Part shown: one piece after another, positions 30,637 to 41,549 of the stretch
Layout: every line of letters begins with the position of its first letter
Numbering within the stretch: position 1 is the first letter of the stretch
Assembly (NCBI GenBank): GCA_964607485.1
Contig: CAZSKP010000005.1
Location: 32,001 to 96,000 of the forward strand
Origin: an uncultured bacterium
Lineage (GTDB): Bacteria > Abyssobacteria > SURF-5
Direction: 5' to 3'
Length of the DNA: 64,000 bases
Translations under genes and position numbers: made by a program
Notes under the pieces: generated by a model
The model's input: the letters and a program-made list of their open reading frames with translations, nothing else
Databases searched by the model: none
Told to the model about the DNA's origin: nothing

Positions 30637-31512
30637 ATGGCGTATCATGACGGAAAAAAGCTGGCCAATGAGGGGCTTCTGTCCGCGGCTCAACTGTGCG
30701 CCATGGCGGCCCTCAAGGCTCCGCAGATAACGGGCACGACGGAGATAAAGGTGGAGATACTCACGGGAGAGGACCTTGACCCGCTCATCGAGGTGCTCGG
30801 AATCCTGGGAGAGGACAACACCGTTTGTTTCGGCGACAACAAGACTCTGCAGGCGTGCAAGGATAAGGGCACGCTGCCAGTCGTGATGCTAATGGGAGGA
30901 ACCGGGCTCGGAAACTCGGGGCTCGACTGGGACTGCGGCGCCTGCGGCTTCGCGACATGCAAGGAGCACGACGCGTACGTGGAAAAGGAGCGCGAGAAGT
31001 CACCGGATTTCACCCGGCCGAGCGCATTCGGTACGCCCGGACCCGTATGCGTGTGGAAGGCCATCGACACGGGAATGGCCATGGACTGGGCCTGCGCGGC
31101 CGCGGCTCGGAACAACGTGGAAAACCGGGCGATGGCCTCCGTCGGCGTCATCTCACAGGCCCTCGGCTACCTTGCCAACTGCGAGATCGCCATCGGCCTC
31201 TGTCTCGGACCATGCGAACCCGAGGTGTACTACAACCGCCCGTCGCTCAAGGACATGTATGACAAGGACCTGGTCGTGACCTTCATGATGCGCGCTTTTC
31301 CGACCCACTTCATGGGATTCCCCGGGGCCGGCGACCCTCGCATCAAACATTCCGACGACTGGGAGACCGACCCGCGCTACGTTCGCGTATCGAAGCGGGA
31401 AGAGGTGGACCAGGAGAAGAAAGAGGCCGGCATGGCCCGCGTCATGCAGCTCGTGATGGAAACACGCCAGAAGATCGCGGAACGCGCCGCCGCCGAAGCG
31501 GAAAAGCAGTAA
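30637..31512 (+). CDS. DUF2148-like (ferredoxin-domain) protein, copy 2
   Basis: AMAALKAP, DCGACGFATC, GPVC, DTGMA, NRAMASVG. GGAGG RBS. Confidence 0.8.
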   Translation: MAYHDGKKLANEGLLSAAQLCAMAALKAPQITGTTEIKVEILTGEDLDPLIEVLGILGEDNTVCFGDNKTLQACKDKGTLPVVMLMGGTGLGNSGLDWDCGACGFATCKEHDAYVEKEREKSPDFTRPSAFGTPGPVCVWKAIDTGMAMDWACAAAARNNVENRAMASVGVISQALGYLANCEIAIGLCLGPCEPEVYYNRPSLKDMYDKDLVVTFMMRAFPTHFMGFPGAGDPRIKHSDDWETDPRYVRVSKREEVDQEKKEAGMARVMQLVMETRQKIAERAAAEAEKQ

Positions 31513-31608
31513 AGAGCGTCTTAGCGGAACATTCAGAGCTATCTTGGAAAAGGCGAGGCCGTGCGCGGAGGGGGAGCCCCGCCGCGCGCGGCCTTTTCGC
31601 TGAATGGG

Positions 31609-33186
31609 TCAGGCGTTCTTCCTGAGCGCCATGCCTGGCAGCTTCCCCGTGTACTCGCCCTTCTCTATCACCGATTCTCCATTGACGAGGACGTACTCGA
31701 CTCCCTTTGGGTATTCGGACGGAGATTTGACGTCGGCGAGCGAATCGAGTTTCTCCGGGTCAAAGATTGTGATGTCGGCGCACGCTCCCGCTCCGATATA
31801 GCCTCTCTGCTTTATTCCGTATCGCTTCGCGGGGAGCGACGTGAGCTTCCTAACGGCTTCCGGCAGGCTGAACAGGTGCTTCTCATAGACAAACGTTCGG
31901 AGGAATTCGATGAATGCGCCGAAGGTGCGGGGGTGAACGACGGACTTTCTGAAGTAAATGGGAATTCCTGTCGGGAAGGAGTCCGAGGCGACGACCGAAT
32001 CTCCGACTTTTGCGATTTCCTCCATGTTCGGCTTGCTGATGCATTCGTAGTAAACGAACCTTTCGAGCCCCTCTTCGAGCGCGATGTCCATCAAAACCGA
32101 GAACGGAGTAGTCTTCTCGGCCTCGGCGATTCTGCAAAGGTTTCCCGTGCGCGGCTTGCCGCGCTCTTTGCCGGAGCGACTGGGCACGGTCACCGCTCGA
32201 TAGGCGTTTTTCTTGGGAAATGAGTACGACATGTGTTCCTCGAGCCGCTCCCGGAGACTGCCCTTCGAGCCGACCGTTGCGAGACGCGTTCCCCCGTTGG
32301 ACACTACCCATGTGGGGAAGATCACCTTCAGGGGTGCGCACACGTAGGCGTAGGGGAAGAAGTCCGCGCTCACGTTCACTCCCGCCGCGCGCATTTTGTG
32401 AATGAGTTTCAGCGCCTGCTCCTGTTTATGCCAGTTCATCCGGTCGAGCACTTTGAAGTGGGAGATTTCCAGCGGGACCTTGCTCTTGATTCCCACCAGA
32501 ATAGCCTCTGAGAGAGCGTTAAGGATATCGCTCGACTCGCTTCGCAGATGGGCTGAAAACAATCCCCCCTTTCGCGCAACTACCCTGGTCAGCTCTACCA
32601 GTTCATTTGACGTATCGATGGAAGCCGGGAAGAGATTCATTCCGCTCGACAGCCCGAATGCGCCTTCTTCCATCGCCTTGGCCACCGTGCGTTTCATTGT
32701 CGCGAGCTGGCCGCGCGAGGCTGTCTCTTGGTCGGCGACGCCCGCCGACCGACGCACGCAGTTATGCCCCAGCATGCTTCCGTAGTTGAGCGCGGTGCCT
32801 CGCGCCTGTATCCTATTCAGAAACTCATCGAACGAGCGCCAATCGAACTCGGTGTCCTTTCCGGCGATATAGAACTGATTCGAGCTCGACCAGGGAAACG
32901 CCGAGCTGCCGCAGTTGCCGCCTATCTCCGTGGTGATTCCCTGCAGCAGCTTGTTCTTCATTATCGGGTCGAGCAGCAGAAATTGATCGGAGTGGGAATG
33001 CACGTCGATGAATCCGGGAGCGACGATCATGTCGGACGCGTCGATGACCCTTCGGGCGGTCATCTTTGCGTTCCTGTCGGCGACACAGCCGATTCTCCCG
33101 TCCCGGATACCGATCTTACCGGGCGCAAGCTGATTTGAGATGCCGTCTGCTATCCACCCATTCTCGATAAGCGTGTCGTAAGTCAT
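31609..33186 (-). CDS. N-acyl-D-amino-acid deacylase family amidohydrolase
   Basis: PGFIDVHSHSD, GNCG, HLRSE, SHFK, HPRTFG, ADITIFDP. Confidence 0.9.
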   Translation of the reverse strand: MTYDTLIENGWIADGISNQLAPGKIGIRDGRIGCVADRNAKMTARRVIDASDMIVAPGFIDVHSHSDQFLLLDPIMKNKLLQGITTEIGGNCGSSAFPWSSSNQFYIAGKDTEFDWRSFDEFLNRIQARGTALNYGSMLGHNCVRRSAGVADQETASRGQLATMKRTVAKAMEEGAFGLSSGMNLFPASIDTSNELVELTRVVARKGGLFSAHLRSESSDILNALSEAILVGIKSKVPLEISHFKVLDRMNWHKQEQALKLIHKMRAAGVNVSADFFPYAYVCAPLKVIFPTWVVSNGGTRLATVGSKGSLRERLEEHMSYSFPKKNAYRAVTVPSRSGKERGKPRTGNLCRIAEAEKTTPFSVLMDIALEEGLERFVYYECISKPNMEEIAKVGDSVVASDSFPTGIPIYFRKSVVHPRTFGAFIEFLRTFVYEKHLFSLPEAVRKLTSLPAKRYGIKQRGYIGAGACADITIFDPEKLDSLADVKSPSEYPKGVEYVLVNGESVIEKGEYTGKLPGMALRKNA

Positions 33187-33389
33187 CCCTTCTCTCCCTC
33201 CCGTTGCCGCCGGACCCAAAGGACTTGCAAAGACCAGCCGGTTCGCGTGCCACCATTATATTACAGAATAGCAATATGTTGTATGTAGGTAATTAATGGA
33301 TTCTCATGTAGGAAAAGGCTGACAAACCGCAAATTTTATCGCTTGAAAAAGAATGTGGGAGGATAGACTGGGAGGGGACTGGTACCGGA

Positions 33390-34025
33390 TCATTCGAGCA
33401 GCCGTTTTTCCAGGGCATACCGAATCAGGTCGGCGGTCGTGCGAAAGTTGAGTTTGTTCAGCAGGCGGCTGCGGTACGTGCTGACCGTCTTTTCGCTTAT
33501 CCCCAAGGTCTTGGCCGTTTCCTTCAGGCTGTGGCCTGCTCCGAGATGCCTGAGAACCTGGAACTCTCTGCTGGAGAGCGATTCGAGCCGGTCGGTGTCT
33601 CTTCTTTTTCGGCGATACTGCACGGCCAGCTTTTCGGAAATCTGCGGGCATATATAGATCCTTCCTGCAAGGACAGCCTGAATGGCTGTGAGCAGGTCCG
33701 TCGATGCCGACTCCTTTCGGAGAAAGCCATGTGCGCCGGCTTCAAGCATTCGGACTGCATATTGATAGTTGTCATGCATGGTGAGCACGAGTATTTTCGC
33801 TTCCGGCACGAGCGTTCTGAGAGAGCGCGCGCAGTCGAACCCGTCCATATCAGGCATGGAGATGTCGAGTATGACGACGTCGGGATGAGTTTTCCGGGCC
33901 GCTTCGAGGGCCGTCAGGCCGTTCTCGGCTTCTCCGACGACCTTCATGGCGGTTTCGGCTTCGATGATCCGCCGCAGCCCGTCTCGAATGATTCCGTGGT
34001 CGTCGACCAGCAACACTTTGACCAT
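33390..34025 (-). CDS. NarL/LuxR (UvrY-like) response regulator
   Basis: LVDDH, DISMP, LTMH, LSSRE, SEKTVSTYRSR. Confidence 0.94.
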   Translation of the reverse strand: MVKVLLVDDHGIIRDGLRRIIEAETAMKVVGEAENGLTALEAARKTHPDVVILDISMPDMDGFDCARSLRTLVPEAKILVLTMHDNYQYAVRMLEAGAHGFLRKESASTDLLTAIQAVLAGRIYICPQISEKLAVQYRRKRRDTDRLESLSSREFQVLRHLGAGHSLKETAKTLGISEKTVSTYRSRLLNKLNFRTTADLIRYALEKRLLE

Positions 34026-34035
34026 GTTTGCTCCC

Positions 34036-37000
34036 TCAATGCGGTTGCACAGTCGGGACTTCGGCTTCAATCTTTGTGCCAAGGCCGATATTCGAGGATA
34101 CCGTCAGGCTTCCTCCGACCAAATTGGCTCGTTCCCTCATGCCGATGAGGCCGAGAGATTGGCCGGCGTCTATCTTCGAGCGCTCGAATCCGCACCCCGC
34201 ATCCTCGATCGTCATGACGAGCTTTCCGTCTTTTTGAAAAAGTCCGACTCTCACTCGGTTTGCCTTGGCGTGGCGGGCCACGTTGGTGAGGGCCTCTTGA
34301 AGGATGCGGTAGAGGGCCGTCTTGACCTCGGGCGGATAATCTTCGTCCTCTGCGCGACAATCCCAATCGCACTGAATTCTCGTCATTTGTTCAAATTGCT
34401 CGAGATACGATTCGATTGCCGGGATGAGGCCGAGGTCGTCGAGTATGCTCGGCCTGAGCGAGAACGATATACGGCGGATGGCGGCGAGCGTCGCGTCGAG
34501 CCTCTTGTGGAGCCCATTGGCGACGTCTTGCGCTTCCGGACGGCCTCTATCCATGAATGCCGCAAGGTTATCCACGTGCATTTTCGCCGACGTCACGAAC
34601 TGGCCGAGCTCGTCGTGGAGGTCTCTGGAAATGCGTCTTCTCTCCTCTTCTTGGGCTTCCATCAGTTTCTTTGAAAGCAGACGTGCCTCCGTCTTCGATT
34701 CCTCGAGTTCGCTCTCGAGCTTCTTCTTCCTCGTGAAGTCACGCGCTATTGAGAACATGCCGGTCACTTTTCCGGCTTTCACGATGGGAACCGTGCTAAT
34801 AGACAAGGTCGCTATCTCGCCGTTCTTGCGTCTCACTCTCGACTCGTGAGTTGTCGGAATACCCTTGATCATCTTCTCTCGCCGCTTCAGTCCTTCTTCG
34901 GCATCCTCACCTATGAGCAGGTTGATCGGGTCCAGGTCGCGCCACTCTTCGGGCGTGTAACCGAGAATCTCAAGGCCCCTACGGTTGACGAAGGTGAGTT
35001 TCCAGTCGAGGTCTTGCGTGAAGATGATATCGTTTGCGTTGTCGAGCAGGCTTTGGAGATAATCCTTGGTCTCGACAAGTTCCTCCTCGGCCCTCTTGCG
35101 GTCGGTGATGTCGCGCGCGACATTGATAATGGCTACGATTTGCCCGTCCTTCCATAACGGGGCTCCGCTCACCTCGGCAACTCTCTTTGTTCCATCTTTC
35201 CTGATGAACTCATACTCTGACGGGGGGATGCGTTCGCCTGCAAGGACCCGCGCCGAATTTGCAAAGGCCTGCTCAAGGTATTCAGGGGATAGCAGATTGA
35301 GTTCGTCAAATTTCCTGCCAACTATCTCCTCGGGGCGGTAGCCGATGGCGGCTTCGACCGACGGCGAAATGCTGGTGACGCGGAAGTCGCGATCAGTCGC
35401 ATACACCACGTCCCGTATGTTTTCGAAGTGCAGCCGGTACACTTCCTCGCTGCTGCGCAACGCCTCTTCCGCCTTCTTTCGCTGGGTGATGTCGCGGAAG
35501 ATCTCGAGCCTGGAGACGCTGCCGTTGGGGTTTCTCAGAGGAGTGTCGATCAGATCGTAGGTTTTTCCATTCTTGGAGCAATGCCATTCGCGATGGTCGG
35601 TCTTGCCGGCGAAAAACTCCCTGTTCTTGCACCAAGGGCAGACATCGTTCTGGTCGTCGAAATATTCGTAGCACTTGAGACCTTCCCAGGGTCCGAAGTC
35701 GTTGGAAAGAGCAGGATTGACATACTGGAGCTCGTAGTGTTCATCGGCGATGTACACGCCGTCTTCCATGGTCTCCAAAATGTTGATAAGGTTGTCTCTC
35801 TCCCGCCGCAGCGCCTCCTCGGCGCGCCTGCGCTCCGTGATATCGCGGACCGACGACACGAATCCGATGCTTTTCCCCTCGACGTCCGTTACGATTGATA
35901 CGCTCAGCTCAGCGGGAAAAGAACTGCCGTCTTTGCGACGTGTCAGCACTTCTCCCCTGAACTTCCCTCTTTCTTCGAGGGAGCGGATAATACGCGTGAA
36001 ATCTCCACTATTGGGAACTCCGAACGCGCTGATGGGCTTTGCCAAGAGTTCTCCCGACCGATAGCCGGTCATCTGTTCCATCACAGGATTCACAAACAGG
36101 ATATTCCCACCGTCATCGGCGAGTGCGATACCGTCATCGCAGCAGCAGATGGCCTCGAACAGGCGGGCCATTTCCTGCTGGTCTCTTCTCGCATCCGTCA
36201 TGTCACGCGCGATGAGGACCAGCCTCGTGGTGTTGTCGTCTTCGTCGAACACCGGATTGAGCGAATAGGACCAGCGCTGTTCTTGTCCTCTGACCTCGAT
36301 CACCTTTTCGAACTGGAGGCCTTCCCCGGTCTCGAAAACTTCTTCGTATTTTTCCTCAAGGAAATCCGCCAGCTTCGGTTGCGTCACATCGCTGACTTTC
36401 TTTCCTATGATCTGTTCCGGTTTCACGCGCAGTTGAGCCAACGCTTTCTGGTTTACTGAGACGAAGCGATGCTCCCGGTCTATTGTGCAGATGATGTCGG
36501 AGGCGCTTTCCACGGTGGCGCGGTAGAGCTGTTGCGATTCTCGCGCCGTCTTCTCAGCCAGCACGTGCTCGGTCACATCCACGACGAACGCGCTGGCCGC
36601 TATTACGTTTCCGGCGGAGTCCTTGACGGGCAGAAGAACGGCGTCGGCGTATCCGGGCTGCCGGTCTTGCCGATTGGGAACGTTGAACGGGATTCGACTC
36701 CGGCGTACCGATTTGCCTATGTCGAACACATGACGGTAATACTTGGATATCTCGGAGTCGGACCCGTACATTTCCATCACTGTCTTCCCGATGAACGCTT
36801 CCATGGGAAAGCCCGTCATCTCCGACAGGGCACGGTTTACCGCCAGGTAGCGATATTTGCGATTCACATACGTCATGCCAATGTGGCTTTCCTCGAAAAA
36901 GAACCGAACTCTCTCGTCGAATTCTTCCAGTTCGGATTCTAAACGTCTTTGCGACGTGATGTCGTGCCCGATCGCCAGAACCGTTTCGTCGTTGCAAGCT

Positions 37001-37362
37001 CCCTCAATGACGCTCGCCCTCACTTCGAGCAGCAGCTCAGAGCCGTCCTTCCTCCTGATGCTCACCTTCGTTGATATGACCGGACGGCGGGCGGACTTCG
37101 TCCAGCCGAGATCGTCGCAAACACGCTCGCGCTGGCCCGGAAGCATGTAATCGAAGACGCACGCTCCCAGGAGTTCCTCTTCCCTGTAGCCAGTGGATTC
37201 AGTCACGGCGTGGTTCACCATCAAAAGGCGGCCCTTGGCGTCCACGGCCGCAACGAGTTCGGGCGCCGTCCAGAACAGCTCCCTGGATGCCTCCGGCCCC
37301 AGCCGGGTACCTGAATAACCGTTCACTGCGTCTGCGGACAGCTTCTCATTGTGGTGCTTCAT
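34036..37362 (-). CDS. Cytoplasmic multi-PAS sensor histidine kinase (HisKA_3 type)
   Basis: About seven PAS/PAC repeats ending in DITE-like motifs, EEERRRISRDLHDELGQ, QEALTNVARHA, GLIGMRER. Confidence 0.93.
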   Translation of the reverse strand: MKHHNEKLSADAVNGYSGTRLGPEASRELFWTAPELVAAVDAKGRLLMVNHAVTESTGYREEELLGACVFDYMLPGQRERVCDDLGWTKSARRPVISTKVSIRRKDGSELLLEVRASVIEGACNDETVLAIGHDITSQRRLESELEEFDERVRFFFEESHIGMTYVNRKYRYLAVNRALSEMTGFPMEAFIGKTVMEMYGSDSEISKYYRHVFDIGKSVRRSRIPFNVPNRQDRQPGYADAVLLPVKDSAGNVIAASAFVVDVTEHVLAEKTARESQQLYRATVESASDIICTIDREHRFVSVNQKALAQLRVKPEQIIGKKVSDVTQPKLADFLEEKYEEVFETGEGLQFEKVIEVRGQEQRWSYSLNPVFDEDDNTTRLVLIARDMTDARRDQQEMARLFEAICCCDDGIALADDGGNILFVNPVMEQMTGYRSGELLAKPISAFGVPNSGDFTRIIRSLEERGKFRGEVLTRRKDGSSFPAELSVSIVTDVEGKSIGFVSSVRDITERRRAEEALRRERDNLINILETMEDGVYIADEHYELQYVNPALSNDFGPWEGLKCYEYFDDQNDVCPWCKNREFFAGKTDHREWHCSKNGKTYDLIDTPLRNPNGSVSRLEIFRDITQRKKAEEALRSSEEVYRLHFENIRDVVYATDRDFRVTSISPSVEAAIGYRPEEIVGRKFDELNLLSPEYLEQAFANSARVLAGERIPPSEYEFIRKDGTKRVAEVSGAPLWKDGQIVAIINVARDITDRKRAEEELVETKDYLQSLLDNANDIIFTQDLDWKLTFVNRRGLEILGYTPEEWRDLDPINLLIGEDAEEGLKRREKMIKGIPTTHESRVRRKNGEIATLSISTVPIVKAGKVTGMFSIARDFTRKKKLESELEESKTEARLLSKKLMEAQEEERRRISRDLHDELGQFVTSAKMHVDNLAAFMDRGRPEAQDVANGLHKRLDATLAAIRRISFSLRPSILDDLGLIPAIESYLEQFEQMTRIQCDWDCRAEDEDYPPEVKTALYRILQEALTNVARHAKANRVRVGLFQKDGKLVMTIEDAGCGFERSKIDAGQSLGLIGMRERANLVGGSLTVSSNIGLGTKIEAEVPTVQPH

Positions 37363-37762
37363 ACTGAACACTCCCTCTCACTCCGCGTTCACGGTTACTT
37401 CGAACCATAAAGGGCGTAGCGTTGGCTGGGAGTATTGCACAATTGGCAAGACGCCAGGGAGGAACAAAGAAAACAACTTCTCTGCAAATGTGCAATGAGT
37501 CCAGCGCGCCGTTAGGGAAAGCAGCTAAACGATGAATTCCCTCTTGACTCTTATAACACACCGTTGGTGGAAGCGCAAGCCCAGCGCAAATTATTCACTC
37601 ATAGAGTAATCGCTCCGAACTCACTCCTTGGCGATGCTCATTTGATTCCCGACGCTGAGAGACCGGTTGGACAGGGGGAGACGAACGGGCTGGCGTAGCG
37701 GCTCACGATGGGAGAAGAGGAGAGAGCTCACGTCAAGGGAACAGGGGCGCCCGGCTGGGATT

Positions 37763-40700
37763 TCAGCTCCGGGCTGTCTTCGTGTGGTATTCCTGGAGGC
37801 ATTTCACTTCGAGGCCGCCCGAGACGAGCGCCTCCAGCGCGCCTACGGTTGCCTCCGCGCCTGCGATGGTGGTTATGTAGGGAATGCGGTACTCCACGGC
37901 GGCCCTGCGGATGGCGACCTCATCGTACACAGACGCTTTGCCGAGCGGCGTGTTTATGATAAGCGCGATTTCGTTGTTCTTCACGCGGTCAACCACGTCG
38001 GGACGATTCTCGTTGACCTTGTAAACGGTCCCGACCTCGAGACCATTGGCCGAGAGGAACTCCGCGGTGCCCCGCGTGGCCATGAGCGCGAATCCCACCT
38101 TCTGAAGCCGCCCGGCTATCGGAAGTATTCTCTGCTTGTCCTTGTCGTTGACACTTATCAGGACGTTTCCTTTCACAGGAAGATAAGAATTGGCCGCCAG
38201 TTGAGACTTGGCGAAGGCGAGCCCGAACGTGCGGTCTATGCCCATCACCTCGCCGGTGGACTTCATCTCAGGCCCGAGGATGGTGTCCACTCCCGAAAAC
38301 TTGATGAACGGCAGGACCGCCTCCTTCACCGCGAAATGTTCGAGCGCGCGGTCGGCGCGAATGCCGAGTTCTTTGAGAGTCCGGCCGACCATCAGCCTCG
38401 CTGCCACCTTCGCCCACGGCACGCCCGTCGCCTTCGACACGAACGGCACGGTGCGGGACGCCCGGGGATTGACTTCGAGCACGTATATCTCGCCGTCCTT
38501 TATCGCGAACTGGATGTTTATCAGCCCGACAACGTTGAGGGCCAGAGCGAGCGCGCGGGTCTGTTCTTTGAGCGATTCCACCTCCCGTTCCTTCAGCGTG
38601 TGAGGCGGCAGAACGCACGCGCTGTCGCCCGAGTGGACGCCCGCAAGCTCGATGTGTTCCATGATGCCGGCCACTATCACTTCCTTGCCGTCGCACACGG
38701 CATCGACATCGATTTCGACGGCGTCCTCGAGGAATTTGTCCACGAGAATCGGATGGTCGGGAGACGCTTCTCTGGCAAGGGCCATGTAGCTCTTCAGGTG
38801 TTCGTCATCGTATGCTATGATCATCGCCCTGCCGCCCAGCACGTACGAGGGCCGCACCAGGACGGGGTAGCCGATGCGGCGCGCGATCTCGAGCGCCTCC
38901 TCGGCCGAAAAAGCGGTGTCGCTGGGGGCCTGTTTGAGTCCCAGTCGGTCGAGTATCTGCCTGAACAGCTTGCGATCCTCGGCGATGTCTATGCTCTCGG
39001 GCAGCGTCCCGATTATCGGCACTCCCGCCTTCTGCAGCGGCACGGCCAGCTTGAGAGGGGTCTGGCCGCCGAACTGGACGATCACGCCGTCGGGCTTTTC
39101 CTTGTCGACGATGTTGAGCACGTCCTCGAGCGTGAGCGGTTCGAAGTAGAGCTTGTCGGAGGTGTCGTAATCGGTGCTCACGGTTTCGGGATTGCTGTTG
39201 ACCATTATGGTCTCGCAGCCCTCTTCCTTCAGGGCGAACGCGGCGTGGACGCAGCAGTAGTCGAATTCTATCCCCTGTCCGATGCGATTCGGGCCGCCGC
39301 CGAGTATCATGATCTTTTTCCTGTCCGACGGTCTCACCTCGTCCTCGTCGGAATAGGTCGAGTAGTAATAGGGCGTGTAGGCCTCGAACTCGGCCGCGCA
39401 GGTGTCCACCAGTTTGAAGGTGGCCTCCACTCCAAGCTTCTTCCGCACCGTCCTCACGGTCATTTCGTCCGAACCCCAGAGGTACGCAAGCTGGCGGTCG
39501 GAGAATCCGTATTGCTTCGCCTCCTTGAGGAGCCCCTTGGCTTCGCCGTTTTCCGTCGGGTCGAGCTGGCCGCGCATCATACCCAGCAGGCGTCCGTTCG
39601 CGACACGCAGGCGCGCCTCCATCTCGACGATGTCCTTCATGTTGTTGATGAACCACGGGTCGATGCGAGTGAGCGAATGCATCTCCTCGACGTCGAGGCC
39701 CGCAAGGATCGCCTCGCGCAGGTAGAACACGCGCTCGCTGGTCGGCGTTCTCAGCTTCTCCCTGATTTTGTCCACGGTTTCGGGGTCGGCTCCGTCTGCG
39801 ATGAATCGGACGTTCTTCCCGTCGCAGCCGAGGCCGTACCTGTCGATTTCAAGCGAGCGCAACCCCTTCTGAAGCGCTTCCTTGAAGGTACGCCCGATGC
39901 TCATCGTCTCGCCCACGCTTTTCATCTGGACGGTCAGTCGAGGGTCGGAGCCGGGGAATTTCTCGAACGCCCAACGGGGAATCTTCACGACACAGTAGTC
40001 GATCGTCGGCTCGAAAGAGGCAGGCGTCTGCTTCGTGATGTCGTTGGGAATCTCGTCGAGCGAATATCCGACCGCCAGTTTCGCCGCAATCTTTGCGATG
40101 GGAAAGCCGGTCGCCTTCGAGGCGAGCGCGGAGCTGCGCGACACGCGGGGATTCATCTCGATTATGACCATTCTCCCGTTCGCGGGGTCCACAGCGAACT
40201 GGATGTTTGAGCCGCCGGTATCCACGCCGATTTCCCGGATGACGGCGATGGCGGCGTCGCGCATGATCTGGTATTCCTTATCCGAGAGAGTCTGTGCGGG
40301 GGCGACGGTGATGCTGTCGCCCGTGTGTATGCCCATGGGGTCGAAGTTTTCGATGGAGCAAATGATGACGACGTTGTCGGCGCAGTCGCGCATGACCTCC
40401 AGCTCGTATTCCTTCCATCCTATGACCGATTCCTCGACGAGCACCTCGCTGATGGGGCTTGCATCGAGACCCCACTTGACCATGCGCTCGAATTCCTCGA
40501 GGTTGTAGGCGACGCTTCCGCCCGTGCCGCCGAGCGTAAAAGAGGGGCGTATCACCGTGGGGAAGCCGATCTCGTCGATTCCTCGCATCGCTTCGTCGAG
40601 TGAATAGCAGTAGTAGCTTCGGGGCAGTTCGAGTCCGATCTTGTCCATGGCCGCCTTGAACAGCGAGCGGTCCTCGGCCTTCTTGATGGCGTCGAGCTTC

Positions 40701-41053
40701 GCGCCTATCAGTTCCACGTTGTGCTTTTCGAGAGCGCCTATCTTCGCCAGGTCGACGGCAAGGTTGAGGCCGGTCTGGCCGCCCAGCGTCGGCAACAGCG
40801 CTTCGGGCCTCTCGCGCTCGATTATCTTTTCCAAGACTTCCGGCACGAGCGGCTCGATGTAGGTGCGGTCGGCCATTTCGGGGTCGGTCATGATGGTGGC
40901 GGGATTGCTGTTCACCAGCACAATCTCGTAGCCCTCTTCCTTGAGGGCCTTGCAGGCCTGGGCGCCCGAATAGTCGAATTCGCAGGCTTGGCCGATTATG
41001 ATCGGACCGGAGCCCACTATCAGTATTTTGCGGAGGTCAGTGCGTTTTGGCAT
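37763..41053 (-). CDS. carB: Carbamoyl-phosphate synthase large subunit
   Basis: [39 protein letters not shown] domain. Confidence 0.98.
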   Translation of the reverse strand: MPKRTDLRKILIVGSGPIIIGQACEFDYSGAQACKALKEEGYEIVLVNSNPATIMTDPEMADRTYIEPLVPEVLEKIIERERPEALLPTLGGQTGLNLAVDLAKIGALEKHNVELIGAKLDAIKKAEDRSLFKAAMDKIGLELPRSYYCYSLDEAMRGIDEIGFPTVIRPSFTLGGTGGSVAYNLEEFERMVKWGLDASPISEVLVEESVIGWKEYELEVMRDCADNVVIICSIENFDPMGIHTGDSITVAPAQTLSDKEYQIMRDAAIAVIREIGVDTGGSNIQFAVDPANGRMVIIEMNPRVSRSSALASKATGFPIAKIAAKLAVGYSLDEIPNDITKQTPASFEPTIDYCVVKIPRWAFEKFPGSDPRLTVQMKSVGETMSIGRTFKEALQKGLRSLEIDRYGLGCDGKNVRFIADGADPETVDKIREKLRTPTSERVFYLREAILAGLDVEEMHSLTRIDPWFINNMKDIVEMEARLRVANGRLLGMMRGQLDPTENGEAKGLLKEAKQYGFSDRQLAYLWGSDEMTVRTVRKKLGVEATFKLVDTCAAEFEAYTPYYYSTYSDEDEVRPSDRKKIMILGGGPNRIGQGIEFDYCCVHAAFALKEEGCETIMVNSNPETVSTDYDTSDKLYFEPLTLEDVLNIVDKEKPDGVIVQFGGQTPLKLAVPLQKAGVPIIGTLPESIDIAEDRKLFRQILDRLGLKQAPSDTAFSAEEALEIARRIGYPVLVRPSYVLGGRAMIIAYDDEHLKSYMALAREASPDHPILVDKFLEDAVEIDVDAVCDGKEVIVAGIMEHIELAGVHSGDSACVLPPHTLKEREVESLKEQTRALALALNVVGLINIQFAIKDGEIYVLEVNPRASRTVPFVSKATGVPWAKVAARLMVGRTLKELGIRADRALEHFAVKEAVLPFIKFSGVDTILGPEMKSTGEVMGIDRTFGLAFAKSQLAANSYLPVKGNVLISVNDKDKQRILPIAGRLQKVGFALMATRGTAEFLSANGLEVGTVYKVNENRPDVVDRVKNNEIALIINTPLGKASVYDEVAIRRAAVEYRIPYITTIAGAEATVGALEALVSGGLEVKCLQEYHTKTARS

Positions 41054-41107
41054 CGGAAATAGAGGATTCGACAGCTCCGGCTTGCGAGCCGGGCCGTCCT
41101 GGCGGGT

Positions 41108-41359
41108 TCACTCGCCAAAAGTGAAGCCGCAGTCCGCGACGAGCGACTCTTTCTGTGTGCGCGGGTATTTGCGGCACTGAGGGGGTCGGAACGAATAGAT
41201 AATGCATCCTTTTCCGTCATAGAACGGGCACCGAAAGACGAACTGACAGCACTGTCCACACCTCCGGCAGGATCCCTTTCGATTCTCATCCACGGGGAAA
41301 AAAGCGGTGAACGTTCTCTGAAGCTTGAGGCCGACTGTTTTTACACCTTCCGGGCTCAT
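41108..41359 (-). CDS. Small Cys-cluster protein (YkgJ-like)
   Basis: CRRCGQCC...CPF...CIIY..RPPQCRKYP. Upstream TTGACG-17-TATATT on the minus strand. Confidence 0.75.
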   Translation of the reverse strand: MSPEGVKTVGLKLQRTFTAFFPVDENRKGSCRRCGQCCQFVFRCPFYDGKGCIIYSFRPPQCRKYPRTQKESLVADCGFTFGE

Positions 41360-41549
41360 TGCGGAAATTATCCCCTAATTTTGGCTTGAAAGTCCCCATA
41401 ATATAGCACAAGCTCTGTCACCGCGTCAAGGAGACCCCAGCCGTTGTTTGACCCCGCACGGTTATCTGTGATAGCTTGGGAGAGTGTCGGCCGAAAAAAG
41501 AGTGCCGGCCTTTCTGCGAGAACCATGATTCATTGAAAGGAAGCAACAG

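Noticed and set aside
37667-40210. 847-aa plus-strand ORF
   Set aside because: Antisense shadow of carB in GC-rich DNA, with no motifs.
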